From: Octopus sinensis
Lineage: Eukaryota
Direction: 5' to 3'
DNA: 64,000 bases
Assembly (NCBI RefSeq): GCF_006345805.1
Contig: NC_043018.1
Coordinates: 22,878,001 to 22,942,000, forward strand
The notes beneath the pieces are model-generated. The model had not been told where the DNA came from and ran no database searches. It saw only the letters and a program-made list of their open reading frames with translations. Numbering within the stretch: position 1 is the first letter of the stretch; every line of letters begins with the position of its first letter. Positions 13,152 to 25,250 of the stretch are shown here, one piece after another. The position numbers were made by a program, and so were the translations under genes.

Positions 13152-13559
13152 ATATACATATATATATATATATATATATTGGTAAAATGGTAAGATAACA
13201 AAAGAAAGAAAGAAACCTCAATATTATGTAAATAGAGGAAATAACATATATACATATATATATACATACACATGCACACACACATGCTCAAGAACACACA
13301 CCCATGTTTACACACACACGTAACTCTCTATGGTTGTGGCAGAAAAAAAAATGAGATTTTTAATGTGTAATGTAATTTTACAAACCTTAGCCTTGACCCT
13401 ATTGAATGGCAATCTCAGTTACAAACTCTTTACATTAATACAATAACAATATAAAATCAGTCGAACCCATGTTGTGACCTGACAGAAAACAGAAGCTTCA
13501 GGAGGCAGTGAATGCAGGAAAATGAAGCACTGAGTCCAGCCGAAGAAAATAATTGGACA

Positions 13560-14265
13560 CACTCAGACCCATAAGCAGGGATTAGGCTTGCTTGAATGGA
13601 GGTCCAAGGCTAAAGAGAAGTCAAAAAGAGACCTGGTAATTTGAGAAGAGGATGCTTGGCGGATCCAGAAAGCTGTCCAGCAAGGGCCACAGGGTCTGTG
13701 GCCAATGTAGGAGAGTGTTCTCCAGAGAAGTCTCAGCTGGAATGACACATGTCATATAGTTTCTCTGTGGAGGTGCAATGGCCCAGTGGTTAGGACAGCA
13801 GACTCGCGGTCATAGGATCGCGGTTTTGATTCCCAGACCGGGCGTTGCGAGTGTTTATTGAGCGAAAACACCTAAAGCTCCACGAGGCTCCGGCAGGGGA
13901 TGGTGGGATCCCTGCTGTACTCTTTCACCACAACTTTCTCTCACTCTTCTTCCTTCTTCCTGTTGTACCTGTATTTCAAAGAGCCAGCCTTGTCACTCTC
14001 TGTGTCATGCTGAATATCCCCGAGAACTACGTTAAGGGTACACATGTCTGTGGAGTGCTCAGCCACTTGCACGTTAATTTCACGAGCAGGCAGTTCCGTT
14101 GATTCGGATCAACCGGAACCCTCATCGTCGTAACCGACGGAGTGCGCTTCCAAAAAAAAAAAAAAAAAAAAAAACAGTTTCTCTCAAAGTTAGCTACATC
14201 CTCAGATTTGTAGATGACCTCCGACCTTCAAATGCAAATTTGTTGATGTGAGGGAAATTGAATAG
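13560..14265 (+). mobile_element. RLE-class LINE relic (RT C-terminal/zinc-knuckle-proximal region) split by a SINE
   Basis: KAVQQGPQGLWPM*ESVLQRSLSWND...SLKVSYILRFVDDLRPSNANLLM*GK is continuous once 13767-14175 is removed. Confidence 0.75.
13767..14175 (+). mobile_element. tRNA-derived SINE with poly(A) tail and 9-bp TSD
   Basis: TSD agtttctct at 13758-13766 and 14176-14184; tRNA-like head; A-run at about 14152-14174. Confidence 0.9.
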
Positions 14266-16794
14266 CCACTACATGTTTATTCTACCGATGCAAACAAATG
14301 GTGTTGTTAGATAGTTTGCTTCCTAACAATGTGGGCTTAGGTTCAATCTCACTCTGTGGCATCTCGAGCGAGTGTCTTCTACAATAGCCCTGGGCCGACC
14401 AAAGCCTTGTGAGTGGATTTGATAGACAGAAACTGTTTGAAACCCTGTCACAGGAACTCATCATATGTGTGGTGTGTGTGTGTGTGTGTGTGTGTGTGTG
14501 CATGTATGTGGTGTGTGTGCATGTGTGTGTGTGAGAGAGAAAGAGAGAGTGCGTATATTTAGTCTCACCACTGCTTGACAACTGGTGTTTGTGTGTTTAT
14601 GTCCCTGTAACTTAGCAGTTCAACCCAAGAGACCAATAGAATAAGTACCAGGCTAGAAAAAAAAAGCAGTGCTAGAATAAATTTGTTCAACTAAAATTCT
14701 ACAAAGCTATGCTCCAGTATGGCCACAATCTTATGCCTGAAACAAATAAAAGGTATAAAGCCATGCATATGTGTGTGTACCATTGCCTTGATATCATGTG
14801 ACAGCTGTAAACAAGCATCACTGTCATACAAGCAGTGTTGTTCATCTCAAGTCTTCCAGGAAAAATACGTCTGGTAATGGGGGGAATATCATTATGCCTG
14901 AAAACGACTGAGGGTTGGCAACAGGAAGGACATCCAGCTGTGGAGATATCTGCCTCAACACATTCCATTTGACCCCATACAAGTATGGAAAAGTGGACAT
15001 TAAAATGATGGTGGTGGTGATGATAGTGGTGAGGGTGATGATGATGATGATGATGATGATGTTGGTGGTGGTGGCAATGATGATGATGATGGTGGTGGTG
15101 ATGATGATGACAACAACGATGACAATGATGATGATGATGATGTTGACAGTGGTGATGGTGATGATGAATGTAGTAATTCTCTTATCTCTAATCTGGTAAC
15201 TACCGGAAAAAAAGAACAAAGTTTTTGCAGAGGAGGTTTAATAATACTGAAACACAACTAGAGTTATCTCCCATACTCACAAGCATCAGATTTAATCGAT
15301 GAATCATTAACTAAATATTGTATTCTTGTCACCCTGTAAGTACTATTAATTAATGAATTAATTAATTAGGTGTTTTTTTTTTCTTTGTCGTTATATTCAG
15401 GCTGATGGTCCTCATTAATCTGTAACAAAAACTGCAGCTAAATAAAGAATTATTACCTGGTTGCATGCCTTAATCTCGATGGACAGTGTTTGATTACATG
15501 TTCAGCCGGGTTGGATGAAACTGACCAAGATGTGGTCAGTCCGTGAATAGAGGACAGTAAGGAAACGAGTGGACAGTCAGGTGACATAGCATATAGGGAG
15601 ATATCATCTATGGTGGTGGGTGGTGGTGGTTGTGGTGGTGGTAGTAGTATTGGTGGTGGGGGGGGTTCACCGTTGCCATGGTGGTGGTTATGGTGAAGGT
15701 GGTGGTGGGGATAGTGGTGATGGTGGTTGTGTGGTGGTGGTTGTGGTGGTGGTAGTAGTATTGGTGGTGGTGGTGGTGGTTGTGGGGATAGTGGTGATGG
15801 TGGTGATGGGTGGTGGTGGTTGTGGTGGTGGTAGTAGTATTGGTGGTGGTGGGGGGGTCACCGTTGTTATGGTGGTGGTTATGGTGACGGTGGTGGTAGT
15901 GATGACGGTGGTAATGGTGGTGGTGGTGGTGGTGGTGGTAGAGGTGGGGATGATGGTAGTGATGGTGTTGTTGGTGGTGATGATAATGATGGGAATCTTA
16001 GCAGAGATAAAGGTGATAATGGAGATGATTGAAGTAGTAGTAGTAGTAGGGGTGGTGATGGTGGTGGTGGTGGTGTTAGTGTGTAAAGGTTGTAGTAGTA
16101 ACAGTCATCATCATCGTTGCCACCATCATCATCATCGTCACCATCATTATCATCGTCATTGTCATCATCATCATCATCATCATCATCATCGTCATAGTAG
16201 CAATAGCAGTAGAAGTAGTAGTGGTGGTAGTGGTAGTGTTCATTATGCATTTGGCAATGAGAACAAATGTCCTTGGAATTATTTTGAAAATATTTCTGTC
16301 TTTGACATAATGATAAAACCATGCCATAAAAATTCTCAACATCAAAGGATACTAAAATAATTCATAAGTATTTATAAAAAGGAACCATAATGAGTTGAGT
16401 AATAATAATTAACAAGAATAATAATAATAATAATAATAATAATATAAAATAATAATAATAATAATAATAATAGAATAATTCACCTCTGGAAACATGGGTG
16501 GTTTTTTCAACATCCTTAAACAACCCTTATTCAGGGACCGTTTGAGCGGGATGGGCTACTCAACCTGAAGAAAATTCTAACTGGGCCCCACCTGCAAGGT
16601 CATGTGCTGTTTATCTTGATATGAGATCACCATGTCGCGCACATATGGTTGTGATGCATGTGCCTGGTGTACCTTTATCAGACGGGTAGTCATGATGGGT
16701 ATATTGGGCTTCGTATATTTTACCCCAGTGTCACTTTGATGGCATGAACTGCTCTCTCACTCAATAATAATAATAATAATAACAATTATGATAA

Positions 16795-17010
16795 TAATGA
16801 GGGCTGAGCAGACCCCAAAAAGCTGCTCTTTTGGGGACAGCTAGGATTTTGAGGTTGGTCCTCAGGTGTTGTGTGTCTTCCGCAATAAGCTAACGTCCAA
16901 GTACCAAAGCTTATAATTTGCAGAAAGAGGCCATGTGAGACCTCTGACGATAGGTTGTTATCTGCTCACACAGAATCAACTAGAGCAAACAAGACCAGGA
17001 GCTCTGAGAA
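16795..17010 (+). mobile_element. R4/Dong-like LINE 3' tail between TAA microsatellites
   Basis: Encodes QKAALLGTARILRLVL; bounded by (AAT)n on both sides. Confidence 0.78.
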
Positions 17011-17621
17011 GTAAAAATAATAACAATAATAATAATAGCCCTGATGCAGTACCAGACAGTGGCTCTCAAGGCTTTTGATCTTAACTGATTGGAAGTGTTA
17101 TCATGTACATTGTTTTGTCTTGGTATAAAAGATGGGCTACAGCAAATATTCTGCTCAATGCCATAGATTTGCTTGTCAGTTGTTTGACCATAACCAGTTG
17201 AGCATGTCCCTTAGAGGCTGATGATATGTGCATCTCTGGTCAAGAGCAGAAGTAGTGGGGGAGCATCATAGCCATGTGTTCAGAGGAATTCTTTGAGGTT
17301 TGAATAATTCACCTCTGGAAACACGGCTGCTTCATTCAGCATCCTTAAACAATCCTTATTCAGGGACCTTTTCAGTGGGATGGGCTACTCGACCCGAAGA
17401 AAATTCTACTTGGGCCCCACCTACAAGGTCATGCACTGCTTATCTTGATATGAGGTTACCATGTTGCACAAATATGGCTGTGATGCATGTGGCTGGTGCA
17501 CATATTGAAAGATTAAAAATGAAGGGTTAGGGTTAGGGTTAAGAAGAAACATGTGTCCGGTTGGAATCTAATGTGATATATAGATAGATAGATACATACA
17601 TACACACATACATACATACAT

Positions 17622-17658
<37 letters not shown>

Positions 17659-18530
17659 TAAATAAAATAAAACATATGCATATATATAAACATATATGTA
17701 CGTACCTACCTCTACATGTACATATACACGCATATATGAGTACAGGACACCAAAGGGACGTCGAACACAAAGAGAAACGAAAACATAGACACAAACCAAA
17801 GGAACTGGACATTTTTTTTAAAACAGCAAAAAAATAGAGTACAGGACAATTAACACAAAGAAAAAACCCCTTCTTCAGTCGCTATGGTTTCATCTACTCT
17901 ACGTTTCGAAGGATAAAAGCGAGACGTATCTTCGACAAGAAACTTTCCTTCCTGCGAAAAGCAAATCAATTAAATTTCTGAGATCTTTTCGCAGAGGGGT
18001 AAAAAATGGTAACAATAACAGGACAGTAACGACAGTACAAATTATAAACAGTAAAAGACAGGACAAGGAAAAACAAGATAAGAAGGCTGTTAACGCCGAA
18101 CGAAAAAAAGTATTGTGAACGCGGAATTTTTTATGAACGACGAGCGGAGCAAAAAAGAATTATATATATATATATATATATATATATCATCATAATAATA
18201 ATAATAATGATGATAATAATTATATATTTATCATACATTATATCAGTATAACCATGATACAACCCCAAAATCTGACTGACTACTCAGTATCATTAGACAG
18301 TAGCCAGCATAATGAAATAAGAGCTATATTTGCACACTCCTAACATTTCCATAAACAAATTTAAAAGATATATACACACGCACACACACACACACATATA
18401 TGTACTTTATTATGCGTTTTAATAAAGCATGTTACTCTACCTCAGGTATTCGACTACTATTTTTTCCTCCTTGTTTTGCATTTATGTGCTTACTTTGGTA
18501 TATATATATATATATATATATACAGTTATT

Positions 18531-18555
<25 letters not shown>

Positions 18556-18575
<20 letters not shown>

Positions 18576-19128
18576 GAGTGAGAGAGCAGTTCATGCCATC
18601 AAAGTGACACTGGGGTAAAATATACGAAGCCCAATATACCCATCATGACTACCCGTCTGATAAGGGTACACCAGGCACATGCATCACAACCATATGTGCG
18701 CGACATGGTGATCTCATATCAAGATAAACAGCACATGACCTTGCAGGTGGGGCCCAGGTAGAATTTTCTTCAGGTTGAGTAACTCATCCCACTCAAAAGG
18801 TCCCTGAATAATGGTTGTTTAAGGATGTTGAAAGAACCACCCATGTTTCCATAGGTGAATTATTCAAACCCCAAAGAATCCCTCTCAACACATGGCTATG
18901 ATGCTCCCCCACTACTTCTGCTTGTGATCAGAGATGCACATATCGTCAGCCACTAAGGGACATGCTCAACTGGTTAAAGTCAAACAACTGACAAGCAAAT
19001 CTGTGGTGTTGAGCAAAATATTTGCTGTAGCCCATCTTTTATACCAAGACAAAACAATGTACATGATAACACTTCCAATCAGTAAAGATCAGAAGCCATG
19101 AGAGCCACTGCCTGGTACTGCATCAGGG
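18556..19128. mobile_element. Full copy of the (TAA)n-flanked ~560-bp repeat
   Basis: Matches 11719-12270 along its length; (ATT)n on both sides. Confidence 0.85.
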
Positions 19129-19129
19129 C

Positions 19130-19166
<37 letters not shown>

Positions 19167-19234
19167 GTATTTTGTTTTGGAATTTGGTTTGCTAGATTCT
19201 TCATGTGAGTTTGTATGTTGAAGCATATTCGGTT

Positions 19235-19470
19235 GTGTCTGGGGAGAGTCATTCTCTTTTAGTGCTTTATTATTTAACACACTCACCGGTAAGGTTTCCA
19301 CTCATTTACTTATTTTTCCTAAAATTTTCATTGTGTCTTGCAATGACAATTGAACAGGTTGCAAGACGGAACGAAAATTTTAGGCAAAATAAATAAGTAA
19401 ATGAGTGGAAACTTTACCGTGAGTGTGTTAAATAATAAAGCAATAAAGGAGAATGACACTCCCAAGACAC
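19235..19470. repeat. Fold-back element with ~110-bp inverted arms
   Basis: gtgtctggggagagtcattctc...ttgcaa and ttgcaagac...gagaatgacactcccaagacac are reverse complements. Confidence 0.9.
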
Positions 19471-19474
19471 AATA

Positions 19475-19544
<70 letters not shown>

Positions 19545-19545
<1 letters not shown>

Positions 19546-19720
19546 AAAAAAAGGAAATGAAGAAAATGCGACAAAATAATTTAAGTAAGGGAGAGTGTAT
19601 TTAATTAGGTGAAACTTTCACCTAATTAAATACACTCTCCCTTACTTAAATTATTTTGTCAGCATTTTCTTCATTTCCTTTTTTATATATCACAACTCGT
19701 GTTCCACATCTCCTTTTTTT
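19545..19720. repeat. Hairpin with ~70-bp arms and 1-nt centre (19615), related to 21255-21610
   Basis: Near-perfect palindrome (one 1-nt indel); 19615-19722 is the reverse complement of 21253-21361. Confidence 0.9.
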
Positions 19721-19964
19721 AAATATATATATTATATATATATATACAAATTAGTAAATAAATGGCACAACTAAGTAACCGATATTTACTGGAAATCGAA
19801 CGTAAAAATACGACACTAATGTGTAGCTTCCCCGCGTATGTATTAGCAAAAATGCGTGTGTGCAACAAAATAGAGAAAAAAAACCGTCTTACCTCCAGGG
19901 AGAACATCTGAAAGATGAAACACCCGCTACTTTTTACTGGAAGGCAATACTTTGTATTGCATTA

Positions 19965-20031
<67 letters not shown>

Positions 20032-21221
20032 GTATGTATGTAAGTATCTGTATATATACAGTGGGTTTTCGGACACTTTTCGTCTACCAAATTCACTCAT
20101 ATACCATGGGGCTTCTTTCAGTTTCTGTCAACCAAATCCACTCACAAGGCTTTGGTTGGCCTGAGGCTATAATAGAGGACACTTACCCAAGGTTCCACAC
20201 AGTGGGACTGAGCATGGAACTATGTGGTTGGTAAGCAAGCTACTTACCACATAGCCACTCCTGTAACAAATTTTTGCACAAGGCCAGCAATTTAAGGGAG
20301 GAGTTAATCCCAGTATTTATCTGGTACCTATTTTCATTGACCCCAAAATGATGAAAGGTAAGTCAATCTCTGAACACTTGAATGTAAAGAAGGACAATGA
20401 ACTGTTGCTAAGCATTTTGCCAGGTGTGCTAACGACTCTTCCAGCTCCCTACTTTACAATGGATAGTAATTATCATTTTAATTGTGTATGAAGCCTCAAA
20501 CTTTTAATGTGGAGCGGGAAGAGGCATCATGCAGGAAAAGGCAGTATAGATGCAGAAGAGGATTTTGGTTCTGTCAGTTGTGACTTCAATGAAACTAGGT
20601 CACATCCAGAGTTGAGATTGTAATTAAGTCGTTAACAAAACGAAAGGATTCAGTGTGATTAAACATTGATTTTTTTTTTCTGGTAAAGAAAAATAAAAAT
20701 AATTATCCATTGTAGAATATGTTATCCAAGATTCTGTTTAGATTGTGCGATTAACGATTAATGATTGATGACTAGCACTTTTTTATCTTTTACCATTTAT
20801 CTTTTACCTTTGAAGCATACTACAAAAGATATGAGCAAATCTTCACGAAAAAATGTAAAGTGAGTGGAAAAGAAAACATACAAAGTTCCTGAAAATAGAT
20901 GTCAAGCATAAAAAAAAATATTAAATTGGATGGAAAAAAAAAAAAAAAAGTGAGTGGGGAGGAAATCATTGCTAAATAAAATGACACTTTCTAAGAAAAC
21001 TCAAAAGGGAAGATGTTGTAGGGAATTAATAATAATGGTACACCCCTCCCACGTGACAAGTGGTATGGAATGGTCACTATAAATAGAAGAGTAGGAGACA
21101 GTATGACAGAGTATATAGTAGGCAGCTGAGGGATAGTCATGTCTTTATTGGTTTTACTAAGTATACTGTATACCAAAGTGGGTGTCATAACAATCTGACA
21201 TTAAAAGGATTACAGCAATAC

Positions 21222-21253
<32 letters not shown>

Positions 21254-21254
21254 T

Positions 21255-21610
21255 TAAAAAAGGAGATGTGGAACACGAGTTGTGATATATAAAAAAAGGA
21301 AATGAAGAAAATGCTGACAAAATAATTTAAGTAAGGGAGAGTGTATTTAATTAGGTGAAAGTTCTTTTTACCGGTGGCGCATTTGTTATGCTTATCAAAA
21401 GATATTTTGAGTGAGGTAGAGTTCCTTTCTGATGGATTTTTTTCTCTTATCAGATAAAAGAAAAAAATCCATCAGAAAGGAACTCTACCTCACTCAAAAT
21501 ATCTTTTGATAAGCATAACAAATGCACAACCGGTAAAAAGAACTTTCACCTAATTAAATACACTCTCCTTTACTTAAATTATTTTGTCAGCATTTTCTTC
21601 ATTTCCTTTA
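21255..21610. repeat. Palindrome with ~155-bp arms embedded in (TA)n
   Basis: Arms about 21296-21444 and 21460-21609, centre about 21452, few mismatches. Confidence 0.92.
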
Positions 21611-22090
21611 TATATATATATAATATATATATATATATCGCGGGGTTTCTCTCCCCCTCTTTTTACATTGTCTGTCTGGACTCCTTCTCTTCCTACTCCT
21701 CGACATGGCTATGCATACTTAAGCTAGTAACCTGCCTCACTCTTGATTCCGAATTCCTTTTGCCAAGTCTGTCCGTAAACGAAGTGATCCCAAGATAAGA
21801 AATCTTTGAACTTTAATTCATCCGTATCTCTATTTATTATTATTATTTATTAATTATTATTATTCTGATCCCCCTAGTCGCCACTCTGTTTACTATTTCA
21901 GCCTCGCCTCGTTTTTGCATATTCTGTATAATTCACTAGTTATCGTTATAGATATTTAAGATCTATCTCCCTTACAGGGCTGATCGAATTGGCCGCCGAT
22001 TCTTCGCGGCGCGCCCGCCCTACCCACCCCCACCACCAATACCGGATATCTCTATTTTGCTCCAACTATACCGGATGTCGTTTCTCCCAC

Positions 22091-22712
22091 CATTATAGGT
22101 GTCTACTCTTTGAACCCCTCTCTTCAATACGCTATTTCACCATGCATTACCCCTCTCTCGATATCCTACGTTCTACTTGCCTAGAACCTGTCCTCTGAAC
22201 CACCCCTCCCACTGGTGCTCTCCTATATTTCTGCACCCCCCCACCACCATTATAGGTGTCTACTCTTTGAACCCCCCTCTTCAATACGCTATTTCACCAT
22301 ACATTACCCCTCTCTCGATATCCTACGTTCTATTTGCCTAGAACCTGTCCTCTGAACCACCCCTCCCACTGGTGCTCCCCTATATTTCTGCACCCCCCCA
22401 CACCATTATAGGTGTCTACTCTTTGAACCCCCCTCTTCAATACGCTATTTCACCATGCATTACCCCTCTCTCGATATCCTACGTTCTACTTGCCTATTAC
22501 CTGTCCTCTGAACCACCCCTCCCACTGGTGCTCCCCTATATTTCTGCACCCCCCCACCACCATTATAGGTGTCTACTCTTTGAACCCCCCTCTTCAATAC
22601 GCTATTTCACCATGCATTACCCCTCTCTCGATATCCTACGTTCTACTTGCCTATTACCTGTCCTCTGAACCACCCCTCCCACTGGTGCTCCCCTATATTT
22701 CTGCACCTCCCC
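22091..22712. repeat. Four tandem copies of a ~157-bp unit
   Basis: 'cattataggtgtctactc' starts at 22091, 22248, 22404 and 22561; units nearly identical. Confidence 0.95.
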
Positions 22713-22965
22713 CATAAAAAAAAAAAGCACCATCCGAACATGGCCGATGCCAGACCCCTCTGGCACCTGTGCAGGTGGCACGTAAAAAACACCCACTACA
22801 CTCGCGGAGTGGTTGGCGTTAGGAAGGGCATCCAGCTGTAGAAACACTGCCAGACTAGACTGGAGCCTGGGGCAGTCCCGAGCTCTCCAGACCCCGGTCG
22901 AAACCGTCCAACCCGTGCTAGCGCGGAAAACGGACGTTAAACGATGATGATGATGATGATGATGA

Positions 22966-23005
<40 letters not shown>

Positions 23006-23066
23006 GTATACACACACACCATATATACATGTATATACATATATGTATATATATATATATACATAG

Positions 23067-25150
23067 GAAAAATAGAAGTTGAAAATGCACTGAAAATAGT
23101 TAAAATATCTTTTATTAAGATATTTGAAGCTTTAACTGGATTAACAGTTTAAACTGATTTTCAAAAAGTTCAAATAGAAAGATGTTGCTTATGTCACAGC
23201 TGTGTTGCTTCTGATTAGTGGTTGAAGTGTGCCCTATTTTTATAAGGAGTTCATGGCTCAAATTAGTATATGTTTTGAACAAGATTTGATTATTAGGGGA
23301 TAGTCACATGACTGGTTTTAGAAATTTTTGTAGGTTCCTTGCTATGTCCATGTGTTAGTATCAAGTGACAATGTTTGGTTTCGTAAGTTAAGGCCCAGAT
23401 ATATGAACAATCTAAATTAATATATGGCTAGAACTTCCACAAATATCTACTAGAAGACTGGAACCGTTACTTAAATGACTGCCTAATCCTATGGATGCAC
23501 ACATTTGAACAACTTATAGATTTCTAAAATCTAATCAACAGCATAAATAATAATATTAACTTTAACCATGGAATACTAATCATCAAAGGAGATAAAATCA
23601 TTGAAACAGATATTTAATAGAAACAAACAGATTCTAAACAATACTTACTGTTCTCCGCATGTCATCCAAAACACACGATGAAGAATATCCCCTTTAATCT
23701 AGCAAGAAGAATCTGAACAATTTTCTCAAACCCTGAAACTTGCAATAAAAGACTCCAGGAACTAAAAAAAATACTATTTAAAAGACAATATCCATTAATG
23801 CTAATAGACAACAGGAATAGGACATGCCAAAGCAATAAATATCGAAGAACTATGAAAAATGATGAATGTTCCAGATACATTCAATAATCTACCCTTTATT
23901 ACAACACACAACCCAAGAAACGCAGAGGTTTGCAATATTATCCACCAGAACATCCCACTACTAAAACAAGACCCAAGAATGAAACAAGCATTCGAAATAA
24001 TCAAAAGTAAAAGACAAAGTCCCTCAAAAAAATCCTCACAAGCACTAAATTACCTTCCACAATTCCTACACCAACAGTCAAAAAATGTGGCCACCCCAAC
24101 TGCAGGACCTGCATCGACCTTATTGAAGACGCAACTTACAAATTCAAATCAGACAGACTTTTACCGTAAAAAATCACTTTACATGTTCTTCAAGATATTC
24201 AAAATATGCTATCAAATGTCAAGGATTTAATGAAGATTACATAGGTCAAACAAAGCTTACTTTAAGGAATTGACTGACCATTCACCGACAACACATGTGA
24301 GACTCCAGTACTAGACAGATTCCACTGAGTGGACACATAGACATATGTGCAAAAAATAAATTCCAGGTCTTCCCACTCTACATATGTTCAGCGAATACCG
24401 CAGATGAAGCACAGATAAACAAAGAAAATACTTTCATGCAAAAATACAAACCAAGACTTAACAAACTTTAAGAGAAGACATACTCAAATCCCTATCCACA
24501 CACAAAACTCAATCTGCCACTTATCATGAAGAACCTACACAGCTAACAACCTAAACTTTCACCACTGAACTACATACAAACGACTCCTGTCTACTTTCCC
24601 ACCAGAGAGATTGAATGGAGTGCCTTGATTATAACTAAACATGTTCACTCAACCATGTCAGCCTTTTTTTAGGAGCAAAATATACTGTCATGTGACCCTA
24701 ATGCATGGACTTAGTGGGAAATGAACAAAAGGTTTATAAACTTAATCATGTGTTTTATACAAACTCTTGACAGAAAACATTCAGAGCATTGACTGTTCGG
24801 ACATGTTCAGTCAACCGTGTCGGCCTCAATTTATGAGGCCAAACACTGTCACTTGATACTAACACATGGACAAAGCAAGGAACCTACAAAAATTTCTAAA
24901 ACCAGTCATGTGACTATCCCCTAATAATCAAATCTTGTTCAAAACATATACTAATTTGAGCCATGAACTCCTTATAAAAATAGGGCAAACTTCAACCACC
25001 AATCAGAAGCAAGACAGCTGTGACATAAGCAACATCTTTCTATTTGAACTTTTTGAAAATCAGTTTAAACTGTGAATCTGGTTAAAGCTTCAAATATTTT
25101 AATAAAAGATATTTTAACTATTTTCAGTGCATTTTCAACTTCCATTTTTC
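23067..25150 (+). mobile_element. 5'-truncated Penelope-like element (RT C-half plus GIY-YIG) with an inverted copy of its 3' end at the 5' junction
   Basis: Disrupted frames read WNRYLNDCLILW, CHPKHTMKNIPFNLARRI, LPFITTHNPRN, KKCGHPNCRTC, YIGQTKLTLRN and KENTFMQKYKPRLN. 23067-23378 is the reverse complement of 24839-25150. Confidence 0.9.
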
Positions 25151-25250
25151 TACCCATGTGGAATAAACATGTTTGTATATATATATAGAAGAAGAAGAAG
25201 AAGAATATATATAAATACATACATATATATACACACACACATATATATAT

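Noticed and set aside
15456-15878. His/Pro-rich minus-strand open frame ending at a CAG|GTAATA donor
   Set aside because: Most of it is a GGT-rich repeat whose copies shift frame relative to each other; no recognisable homology or good acceptor.
17897-17941. Hammerhead-like motif (minus) UUGUCGA...GAAACGUA
   Set aside because: Two substitutions in the CUGANGA core; counted only as a decayed relic.
20687-20761. CxxC...CxxC peptide (HCRICYPRFCLDC) on plus
   Set aside because: Only about 24 codons between stops, with a weak acceptor; could be chance or a transposase scrap.
20991-21188. LINE AP-endonuclease fragment (RGRGV.LL); likewise a possible LINE scrap at 55600-55803
   Set aside because: Motif similarity is too weak by eye to call.
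22091-22712. CRISPR-like array
   Set aside because: Units are contiguous 157-bp copies with no unique spacers, in a eukaryotic context with no cas genes.
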